Source: Basidioascus undulatus (lineage: Eukaryota). Taken from it: DNA of 33,028 nt. Under the pieces are notes generated by a model, which was not told the DNA's origin, did no database searches, and worked only from the letters and a program-made list of their open reading frames with translations. Where the stretch lies: positions 1 through 33,028 of the forward strand of contig JTLS01000087.1 of assembly GCA_000826855.1 (NCBI GenBank). The letters run 5' to 3'. The position numbers were made by a program, and so were the translations under genes. Shown in pieces: positions 1-10,298 of the stretch. The first letter of the stretch is position 1. Each line of letters opens with the position of its first letter.

Positions 1-121
1 ATGAAAGGATGGCATGAAAGGACTGCGAGCCACTAAGCGATGAAAGGGTTCAGCGACGAAAGGAAGTGTTAGCCGTCAAAGTGGTGTCAAAGGTTAGACC
101 TTTCAATCTCCAACACGACGA

Positions 122-203
122 GCGTCGTTGGTCTAATGGTTATGATTTCGCTTTCCCACCTCCCAGACAGGCGGAGAACCGGGTTCGATTCCCGGACGAC
201 GCA
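122..203 (+). tRNA. tRNA-Gly (anticodon CCC) with a 10-nt intron at the canonical 37/38 position (159-168)
   Basis: Folds as a cloverleaf by hand: acceptor GCGTCGT(122-128)/ACGACGC(196-202); D arm GTCT-AATGGTTA-TGAT; anticodon stem TCGCT/GGCGG with loop TT-CCC-A[CCTCCCAGAC]A; T arm CCGGG-TTCGATT-CCCGG; discriminator A203. Confidence 0.92.
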
Positions 204-209
204 TTAAAT

Positions 210-234
210 TTCATTACCTCATTGAGGTAATGAA
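210..234. repeat. Perfect 25-bp inverted repeat (12-bp arms, 1-nt spacer) just 3' of tRNA-Gly
   Basis: TTCATTACCTCA-T-TGAGGTAATGAA; the arms are exact reverse complements. Confidence 0.9.
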
Positions 235-246
235 GGAATGGAAGCC

Positions 247-1085
247 CTAGAATTTGCAGAATTTGGCTTGGCAATGCCAGCAAAGTAAAAGTTGCAACAT
301 TAACCTTTTGTAATGAAAACAGTGAATTTTTAGGCAATGGTCCAAGAAAACATGATGACGGTGTAAGTGGTTGAGATGCTGTTGCAGCACAACCTTGTTC
401 TGTCTCTCTTCTAACTTACGTGGGAGGGACTTAGCCTTCCACGGCAGCATTAAGGTAATGAAGGAGAGGCATGCAGCGCTTACGGGTTCACAAGTTACAT
501 AGCAATCCTTCCACCTAAAGCAGCAACACTTTCGCTGAGGAATCTTCTGCACAGCACAAGTACACACGCACACCTGGAAGCACAATGAACATCCGTATAC
601 TTATATGAATACCTTTTGGAGAAGATCGTTTTCCTTCCTAGAAGCCTGGTATCTTCGGCGGAGGTGAAAAGGTTATTACAGAGCGTTGAACCTTGGCTGC
701 GCGCAAAGGACCCGGGCGACGCACAGTTACGAGTGTCCCCTGGAACACTCTCAAACGTCTTGAAAGTAGCTTCCGAGAGTTGCTCTAATAACTCAATAGA
801 TGAGTAGCTTGAGTCCAAAGAGTTGACAGTGTGCCATTACTCTCGGGCTGCAAGGGGGTGCTGCCGTGCATGGCAACTGCCGCATATTGCTTTCACGAAA
901 AACTCAATAAAATTCATGAATTGGTCAAGTGACAGTTTTACTATTATGAAATGGAATTTTGGGCGGGTCGCAACCGCTCTCCGAAACGTGAAAGTACTCG
1001 TCTCGTCAAGATCGGAAGCTGGCGATGTACAAGGCAACAGCATGCCTAAAGGCAATAACTGAGTGTCATTCCCGCAAAACAACAC
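247..1085 (-). pseudogene. Decayed ORF of uncertain identity (weak BTB/POZ resemblance) in CpG-poor sequence
   Basis: ORFs 837..1085 and 495..818 share one frame with a single stop between them, and 247..585 overlaps in another frame. The sequence is CpG-poor and TpG/CpA-rich. 'SDLDETST..RPKFHFIIVKLSLDQFMNFIEFF' loosely resembles the central BTB strand/helix. Confidence 0.35.
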
Positions 1086-1235
1086 GGATTGTAGTCAATG
1101 AAAAAATAAGGTCAAATGTTGATAATGGTCGTGTTGGCGTCAAGCCGTCTATCGCGTGGCGCAGTCCATCGGTGGTCATTGTATGCCAATGTTCAATGCT
1201 CGCTCGCTTCGTCAACACCGCGAAACCATATAACG

Positions 1236-4200
1236 TCAGCTCCCCGCCTTCGCGCCCTCCCCACCACTGTCCAACAGCTGCGTCCCAAACATCAGATACA
1301 CCTTCTGGCCCTCTCCACCGTCCGCGCCCTCGTCGACCCCGCCGCCCTCAGCCTGATGGCAGACGACCAAGCAATCGAACCACGGCCCCTTCGGCCACTG
1401 CGACGGTCGCTTCTCGCGCATCGCAATATGGTGCTTCTCCAGCTCCTCCCCGGTGAGCGATTGTAGGCGGCGCTGTAGTTCGAGCACGCGGTCCGGCAGT
1501 CGCTCGTTGTCGTCGCCGAAAAAGCCCTCGGGCGGCAGGTCGGGCAGTAGCTTTGCCTTTGAGGCGCGGGATCGCAAAGAGGATCAGAAACATGCTCATC
1601 AGCATGAAGAGTCGGGAAGAAGATGTCATGATACAAAGCGAGAACGCACAGCGCCTGGACCAGTCACGATGATCGGGAGCGTCGCCGCGCTCTCGTCCTC
1701 GAGAAGCAGGGCAAAGTAGTACACGTGCTCGAGGTTCTCGCCGAACTCGTCGTCGCATCCCAGACAGATCTTCTCGGTCGGCTTCAGCCTGTCCGTCCAG
1801 TATTCGTCACGTCAGCCGTAGCGCTCTGTGCCTTGACAAGTACAGGACAATGCCAACCACCTCGCTCACCTGCGTCCGCACAGCGTGCAACGCGACTGGA
1901 CGAACTGTTCCCATGCGTGGGGAAGGCAGTCGATTACGCGCGCGCGGAGGCGGAACTGGTCGCCGCCCTTCGAGTGAGCGAGGACGTCCGCGATCGAGGT
2001 GGTTGGCTCGTAGAAGGGGTTGGAAAGGGTGGTGACTGCAGAGATGGGGCGAGAGAAACACAGATCAGCACTTGTCAGAGAAAACCCTGCGCCGGACATT
2101 TACCAAGAAGGGGAGGTAGCGGTGCGGGTTGAGCAGCGGCGGGTGAGCGAGCAGAGGCGGACGGACTGGACAACGCGTCGACCGCGGCACTCGCGCTCGA
2201 TCCAGGCTCAGCGTCCGCCGCCGGCGCTTCCTCATCCATGAACTTCTTTCGGCGCCTGAAAAGTGTTCCTCGCGTCAGCACGGGAAGACCGCAACTGCAG
2301 GACAGCGAGGCCTCGCGGATGCGAGACGTACTCGAGCAAGTCCTTCAAGCCCTCGTCGCTGGTCTTCAAGCGCCTGACGTTGATCCTCCCGTAGTCCTTG
2401 CCCATCGAGCACTCCATGTACCCGGTCTCGTCTATCTTGGTCCGCACGTTCGTGAGCTTGACGAAGTGGCCCTCCTTGAGCGAGTGCGCGGCGGCTACGT
2501 GGTCGTCCCAGAGCGCGACCTTCATGACGCGCTGGCCGTCCATGCCGTGCGAGCTGAGCGGGAGGTTCCCATTCGACGTGTAGTCCGTGACGAAGAGCTC
2601 GGCGCGGTCGTCGCTGACGCAGACATGGCGAACCTGTGGAGAAGAATGCCCAGCATTAGGACTAGAAATGATTGCGACGCGAGGATTTCGCGACAACGTA
2701 CCTCGACGATCAGGTCATAAAAGATCCTGTACTCCAGCTCCTCGATCCGCGCCAGGGAGCGACCCATCTTGCCCGTCGGCATCTTAATCTGCACGTGCCT
2801 GTCATCGTTCGGGTCGGGCGGCGCGCAGAGCGCGGCGTGCCACGCGCGGAGCTTCTCGAAGTAGGCGGCCTCCTCCTTGTTCGGCGGCGGCGTACACCCG
2901 GGCGAGGGGAGGATCTGCCGCGAGTTGGGATCATAGAGCATCCAGGTGTAGTCGTTCTTGCGCCCGCAGCCTTGGCGCTTCTTGTCAAAGCGCTGGATCT
3001 GGGATGCATCAAGGCAGGCTCCAAGTCAGCATTTATATGAGAAGCGTGCGACTACAGACGAGATTTAGATTGAGACAGACGAAGACGTGGCGGAAGAGGA
3101 CGACCTGTCCGACTTTGGCAGGGGGGAGCTCGCTTGCTTTGGAGGCGAAGCAGATGACCTGCATGCCGCGGATGGGGTCGCGGTGCGAGGGGTCATAGAT
3201 ACGCAATGTGCAGCTTTGGTCTGTCGCGTCGCCCGCACATAAGCTTATTCCTGTCACGAGACGAAATAAACAGTGAAAGACTGACCACCGGCAGTGGACT
3301 TCTTTATCTCGCCTACTTGAACGACGACGGCGATGAAATTGGCATGATAACCGTGGGCATCTCCGAATAGAATGCTGTCGACGGTCGCGTAGTTGAAATC
3401 CTAGCTCCCATCCAACCGCAACTCGAATTAGCCTCCCCGGACAAATAGGTGAGGACGGCGCGCAGCGCACCTCCGTCACCAGCCCCGCTGTGATCTTCTT
3501 GATCTCCTGCGCCTTCTGCGCCGCCTCGCGCTGCTTCTCCTCCTCCACAATCTCCTTCGCCCGCCGCCCCTCCTCCGCCGTCACCGGCTTCTTCTTCTTG
3601 GCCGCCGGCTGCTCCTTGCCCGGCGGCTGCGCGGACGTGGGCTCGTCCTCCCTCTTGCCCTTGTTCTTCAGCTTCTTCGCCAGCTTCTTCTCGCGCTCGC
3701 GCGCCTTGCGCTTCTGGCGCACCGTGGCTTGCTGCGACTCGGTGCGCGGCGCGGCGGCGTCCTCCTCGCGCGGAGGCGCAGCGGCTTCCGGCGGCGTGAC
3801 GAACCACTCCGGCTCGCCCTCGATGTGCTCCTCGGCGGTAGCCGTCCGAAAGTCGTGTTTCGCCCAAGTCATCTCACCCTTGCGCTGCACGGCGAAGAGC
3901 ACGCCGTGCTCGGCCCCGTACGTGAGCTCGATGGGCACGTGCGTAGACGACTCGCCGCGGCTGCAGCGCTCGACGACCGACGCGCCGCGCAGGTCGAAGC
4001 GAAGCGTGTCGCCTAAGGAGTACGTGTTCGAGATGGCGGCGAAGTGTGGGCTGCATATTCGGACGCGGAGGGATTTCTTGTCTGAGGACGGAGGTGGAGG
4101 ATCGTGGTGGGGATCAGAACCGAGCGGTGGGTGGAGACGAAGAGAAGGCTTACTGGAGTCGGATCCGGGGGTCAAGGGGACTTGGAGAGCAAGAGAAGCC

Positions 4201-4589
4201 ATAGCCGTCGATCTATTATGATGGCACGACTGTCAGGATCCGAAAGCTTTCTGCATGATTTATGAGGCCCAAGCACTTGTTGCACGGGTATGTGAGCGCG
4301 ACCTCGCCCTCGACCTGTACCCCTCCCGACCCCATTTTGAGTTTTCCCTACGTTCCCAAGCCTTCAAAAGATGCAAGCAGCTCACATAAAGCCCTTCCGC
4401 TCCCTTCGGCAGCTCCCACTGCTCACCCGTGTCCACCAAGTCCTGCACATCCATCGCGACGAACATCTCTGCGACGACCGCCTCGCGGGCAAGGTCCGCG
4501 TCAACTCTCCGGCGCTTTTCAGGAGCCGAAGAGCGTTTCCCGCCATTAGAGCGGCGTCCTTCACTGGCTCGGGAACGCTTGGGAGGCAT
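1236..4589 (-). CDS. POT1: Protection of telomeres protein 1 (telomeric ssDNA-binding OB-fold protein), multi-exon
   Basis: Spliced model: ATG at 4589 (exon 4589-4386, exon 4314-4277, then further exons), stop at 1236-1238. OB1: ANFIAVVVQV..DQSCTLRIYDPS..GMQVICFA..LPPAKVGQVVLFRHV. OB2: IFYDLIVEV..ELFVTDYTSN..VMKVALWDDH..EGHFVKLTNVRTK. C-terminal OB: QFRLRARVIDCLP..CTLC..CLGC..YYFALLLEDE..WFDCLV..YLMFGTQL. GT-AG introns restore the frame throughout. Confidence 0.9.
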
Positions 4590-4939
4590 CGCTCGCGTGC
4601 GGAAGGGGTGAGGAGCGGATGGAGAGCGGGTAGGTCTGCACGCGTCAGTGGGTGAGTTTGCGCCCGGTCTTTATCTGAGAGTGCGTCTCGGTACTGCTCA
4701 CTGTGTTTTTAAATGTCAGTTCGCTATAGAACGCGTAAGGTAATGAATTGGGGCAGGTGGGGGTGGATGGAAAGAGGCCAAGTCCGCTCACGCGTGGAGG
4801 ACGCGCACGTTGCCCGGAGGGTCCGCGGATTGCGACTGCCACCGCGTTCAAACGCGTTCGCGCCCCGGTCAATGCCTTCGTCATTCCCCAGAACCATCAT
4901 AACGAACCTGAACTACCGTCCTCAAATATTCTCATTAGA

Positions 4940-5804
4940 ATAAATCTCCCAAAGCTGCCGCTCGAGATCATCCATCTCGTCGTCGAGCTAGCCGCCGAGC
5001 CAGCTCACCCGCTCGCCTACGCCCGCGACTAGGCCACCCTCGCGTGCCTCTGCCTTGTCTCTCGCTTCTTGCTCCCCATCGCTCAGGCGCACCTCTATGG
5101 ATCGATCATAGTTGCCACAGAGGCTAAGCTTACCGCGCCGAACGCCGCGCTCAAGGGCCGCTCGTCTTTTACGACGCTGGTTCACTCGCTCGCGTTTCTC
5201 GACTACGATGGTTGCCTTGACTACGGACCCATGCTTGAGCTCGCTTCCATCCTCGGCCTCGCCGAGCGCTCGTTGAGACGTCTCAACGTGGATCGACAGC
5301 TCCTAGGTACACAGCTCACTGCTACGCAGCAGTGCAATGGAGTTCAACTTGCCATGCGTGACATCCGAGTGCGTCTTGGGCTATCCCACACCCTACGACT
5401 TAAGCGAGGATTCCCGCTCGCATTTGCGGCGTTTGGCGGTCGTACAGCTGAAGTTCACAAGTCGGCACCCGTTCAGGTCCAATCATCTTCCTGATCGCAG
5501 CGTCTTACGGAAGCTCAAGGCGATCGCTTTGGCAGACGCACCCCTAGTTATGTACAATCAGGTGGCAAGCATAACAGCGTTCCTCGAGTCCAACACTTCT
5601 CTGGATCGCTGTCTCTTCCTGGCATTCGATAAGAGCAGGAGCCCGGCGCGGAGTTTCAAGCAGGGTTTCGAGCAAATGAGCCGCCCTTCTGTACATGTCT
5701 ACAAAGTGGACGGCAAGAAGTTCAATACGCACGAGCGGTGGGTGGTCAAGCTAGCTGTTGAAGGGACGCTGTGGCAGTCGCGGGAGAACGGTGTCTCGTC
5801 GTAG
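4940..5804 (+). pseudogene. F-box-like protein pseudogene
   Basis: Reads (ATA)NLPKLPLEIIHLVVELA..ARD*ATLACLCLVSRFLLPIAQAHLY, an F-box-like N-terminus. ATA at 4940 sits where the ATG is expected, there is an in-frame TAG at 5030-5032, and a frameshift near 5300-5340 leads into ORF 5337..5804. Confidence 0.75.
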
Positions 5805-6462
5805 CGAGGAAATGGGTGATCCGCGTTCGCGCTGTAACAGCCTTTTTGAGACTTCAAAGATGTTCGATGGCACTGATGACTTTCTACGAACAAGATTGAC
5901 CTGCTGTATCCCGAGAGCGCCATGGTCACGCTGTAATAGTTTACGCGTTGAAATGCTCACTTCAAGTGGTTGTGGCTTGTGGCACACTGAAGCAGATGTC
6001 CGTGTGGAGTCCGCTCACAATCGACATCGACCTCGGCGACAAGTAGCTTATGGGATGCCAAGCCTTCCGCCAGAAATATGAGTCCAGAACAAAGTAGCAT
6101 AGATTTCAGAAACTTCAGAGGAACTTCAATGAGATGCAGCGAGCGTGGCGTTGCTAGATGTACTACGCTGCACCGTGCCGAGCTTTCGGGCCTGCCCTCT
6201 GCTATGACGCCAGAGGACGCTTTACAAATAGAACTTGTTATGGCCTCTGATTTATGTGTAGAGTGTTAAGCAGTGCAGGTGGGAGATGGTGGCGAGATGG
6301 TGGCGGTTGAGGGTCAAATGTCAATCGGGCGTTTCGTCGTCTAGTACGCAAGGGCCGGCAACCCGGCTCTCGCGCTCGCACGCTCCTTCACAGTCTTCCA
6401 GTCGGTCTTCCTTGACTTCCAAAGCTGACCTTCCCCCGCCTTGCCCTTGCTCCGAGCAGGCC

Positions 6463-9400
6463 ATGTTGCGCATCGCCACAGTTCGGCCGCGCCTACCCCG
6501 GCGACCGCCACATCTGTCCTCGCTCCTCCACCGCCCGCCCGCCGCCCGCCAGCCGCCGCCACCCTCGCTCCGATACGTGCACGTCCGCGCAATCTCTTAC
6601 TCGTCCATACCCAGATTCGTCGCACGCGCGTTCAGGGTGCCGCTGGCGGGCGCGACAGTGGGGGCTGGGGCGTTGGGGTATGCCAATTACAAGTTCGAGG
6701 GTGAGTCCAGAGTCTGGAAGCGGGTCGAGCGGATGGAGGCGAAGGGGCGACTGCCACTGCGCACTGCTGGATTCAAACAGCAGGGAAAGCAGTGAGGGCG
6801 TGGCAAAGGAGAGGTCCATGAAGGCACTTCACTTTACGCCCCGAAGCTACCGCTGCAGCGTCCCCTTCGCCTCCTTGAGAGGCATTCGCTGACGCCGGAC
6901 CCTTCTCCCAATCGCAGAGTTCCGCACAGCGACGAGCTCCACGTTCTCCTCAATAACCGACTCCATATCCTCCACCTTCAACTCCATCTCCGATGCCCTT
7001 CCCTCATCCGACTCGCTCTCCTTCCCCTCCGCGCCCGAAGCCCTCCGCGCCTGGTGGGACGCCGTCACCTCCTCCCCACCGACCTCCGAACCCACGTCGT
7101 CGTCGTCGTCGTCGTCGTCCTCTTCTTCCGATTCATCGCCAGGGGGTGGCGGCGGAGGTGGCGCATCAGGTCCCGCTGTCGCAGCTGCTGCCGCCGCCGC
7201 CGCCGCGAGCGCGCCCGAGACGGACTCGAACGCGAGCGAGCAGCAGAACCTGCTCATGCACCTCACGCGCAAGCTCATCCAGATCCGCTCCATCCTGCTC
7301 TCCATTGACCAGAGCGACAGCCTAAAGCTGCCGAGCATCGTCGTCATCGGCTCCCAGAGCTCCGGGAAGAGCAGCGTGCTCGAGGCGATCGTCGGGCACG
7401 AGTTCCTTCCGAAGTGCGTCTTCTTCCCGTTATAGTTTGTCCAGGTTTGAAATAGAAACATGGCGGGGTTCCGGTTGCTGAACGTTGTGTGTGGTGGGAC
7501 ACAGGGGCAACAACATGGTCACTCGCCGGCCTATCGAGCTTACCCTCATCCACACTCCTCCCTCCGGCTCCGATCCCTACCCTGCCGAGTACGGCGAGTT
7601 CCCCACCCTGGGGCTCGGCCGCATAACCGACTTCGGGGCGATCCAGAAGACGCTCACAGACCTGAACCTGGCCGTGCCGGACACGCAAGCGGTCTCGGAC
7701 GAGCCGATCGACCTGCGGATCTACTCGCCGCACGTGCCGGATCTCACGCTCATCGACCTGCCCGGGTACGTGCAGATCGCGGGGATGGACCAGCCAGACT
7801 CGCTGCGGGAGAAGATCGCGGGGCTCTGCGAGCGCTACATCAAAGAGCCGAACATCATCCTCGCCGTGTGCGCGGCGGACGTCGATCTCGCCAACTCGCC
7901 CGCGCTGCGCGCCTCGCGGCGCGTCGACCCGCTCGGGCTCCGCACCATCGGCGTCGTCACCAAGATGGACCTCGTGCCGCCCGAGCAGGGCGCGGCGATC
8001 CTCAGCAACAACCGGTACCCACTCCACCTGGGGTACGTGGGCGTGGTGTGCAAGGCGCCGAAGCGCGGGCTCGTCGACCGCCTCACGGACGCGAACATGA
8101 CGGACAAAATCGTCGCACGCGAGGAGTCGTACTTCTCCGCGCACGCGGACGCGTTCACGCGCGCGCAGGGGATCATGACGGGGACGGAGACGCTGCGGCA
8201 GCGGCTGATGGAGGTGCTCGAGAGCAGCATGGCCGCGTCCTTGCACGGGATCACGAACGCCGTGCAGCTCGAGCTCGAGGAGGCGACGTACCAGTTCAAG
8301 GTCGAGTACAACGACCGCCGCATCTCGGCAGAGTCGTACGTCGCCGAGTCGATGGACGCGCTCAAGGCCCGCTTCCGCGACAACACCGCGCTCTTCTCGA
8401 AGCCGGCCATCCGCGCCAAGCTACGCGCGATGCTCGACGAGAAGGTCCTCGACGTGCTCGAGCAGCTGTATTGGGTCGATCGCCGCGTCGGCGAGCTCGA
8501 GAGCGCTAAGGGCGAGGATGTCGAGAAGTACTGGAGGCACAGGCTCGAGGCCGCCCGGAGCTTGTTGACCAAGTCGGGCGTCGGGAGGGACTCGACCACG
8601 CTCGTTGCCGACGGGCTCAGGAGCCTTATCGACGCTATGGCGAGCGGTCCGCCGTTCTCGTTCCACCCCGACGCGGCGGAGCGCATCATCCAGTTCTCGC
8701 ACGACCTCTTGCGCGACCGGCTAGCTATCACCGCAGACCAAGTCGAGGTTCGTGCCTTCCTCCTCTACTCCCCTCGTTCCCCCTCGTTCCCCCTCGTCCC
8801 CCCCTTCACAATCCTTCACAACCCCATACTGACATTCGCGTCCCGTCATTTGCAGAATTCCGTCAAGCCCTACAAGTACGAAGTGGAAGTGGACACGCGG
8901 GAGTGGGAGTCCGGGCGCGCGCAGGCCGTCTCGCTCTTCGAGCGCGAGCACGCGGCGTGCTCGGAGCGCCTCGCGGAGATCCGGCGACGCGTGGGCGGCG
9001 CGCGGCGCCTGACGAACCTCGTCAACTACGTCACGTCGCTCGAGGACCGCGAGCGCGACCGGCGGGTGCTCATCCGCGCGGGAAAGGAGGTGGATGCGGA
9101 GGTGGCGGAGGGTGAGAAGGACGAGAAGGAGAACGAGCCGTGGAGGCTCGCTTATAACCCTGCGCATCTGATCGAAGGTCTGTAGTCCTCTCCACCCCGT
9201 CCGTCTCTCAACCTTAGTACTGACTGATCGGCCCACAGCTCGCGAAGCCATGGCGCTCTCCGAGCGCCTCGCGGTCCTCAAGATGCGGATCGGCGCGCTC
9301 AAGTCGCGCAAGTGCAGATCCGGGCCCGACGCCAAGGAGGTCTGCCCCGAGGCCTTCCTCGAGGTCGTCGCCGACAAGCTCGCGTACACGTCCTCGCTCT

Positions 9401-9815
9401 TCATCCAGATCGAGCTGCTCCACTCGTTCTTCGACCAGGTGCGTGCTCCTGCCTTTCCGTCTTCCCTTCTCCCTCCCTTCCATCGTTCTTTATATTAGGT
9501 CTTGACCCTGGCTGGTGGTGTACAGTTCCCACGCGAGATCGACTCCCGCCTCATGTACGATCTCGACCGTTCCGCGATCCTCCGCTTCGCGCGCGAGAAT
9601 CCCGAGATCAGGCGGCACCTCGACTTGCAAGAGCGTAAGGACAAGCTCGAAGAAGTGTGTCCCATTATCTTGTTTTCCCCTTCCCTTGTCCTGGCCTGAA
9701 CGTGCGCCGTGTTGACCCTCCCCCTTCTGATCCGCAGTGCCAAAAACACCTCTCCTCGCTCCTCCACCTCCGCAACGACGCCAAGCACCAACCGAGGCGG
9801 TTCGGGCTGTTCTGA
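6463..9815 (+). CDS. MGM1: Mitochondrial dynamin-like GTPase Mgm1/Msp1 (OPA1 counterpart), multi-exon
   Basis: Arg-rich presequence [12 protein letters not shown] segment [20 protein letters not shown]1 [38 protein letters not shown], and C-terminal [32 protein letters not shown]. Introns include 6701-6917 and 8748-8855. The last exon 9738-9815 ends RFGLF-TGA. Confidence 0.96.
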
Positions 9816-10298
9816 GCCTTCCCGCCCCGCTTGACTCTTATATCCTTTCCGCCTCACCTTTTTCATCTGTCCGCTTGTTCACGCTCGCTCGCCCGTTACG
9901 CCCCCGCTCATTGTCACGCTTACGCCTCTTGGACGACCGCCCACTATTCTCTTCTTTCATTTTTGTGTACTCGCTCGCATCGCATTTTCGTCGTCTCGCT
10001 GCACGCTATGTTTGGGTTCTTTCGAGGCTCGGTTCGCGTCTGGCGCATGTCGGGATCATTATTTTACGCCCGCATCTCAATAATGCGGACGTTGTGCTGT
10101 TTGCGCTTGTTCCATTTCCGAGGTTGGCTAGGAGTGATGGGAGGCAGCATTGGTGTTGGAGGAAATGGCGACTGGTCAACCGGCGGCGCGGGCTTGAGAG
10201 TTCAGCCGATCAGTGCACACTGCTGTTTATAACATCGGGCTTCACGGCGGTCCCATAACGCTCATGCAAATGCAAAAGCCTTTCCTGTATTCCATCCG

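Noticed and set aside
7344..8731. Long antisense or alternate-frame ORFs over MGM1 (similar ones lie over POT1, the Ivy1-like gene and the bZIP gene)
   Set aside because: These are the expected shadow ORFs of GC-rich coding sequence with strong codon bias, and they have no independent motifs.
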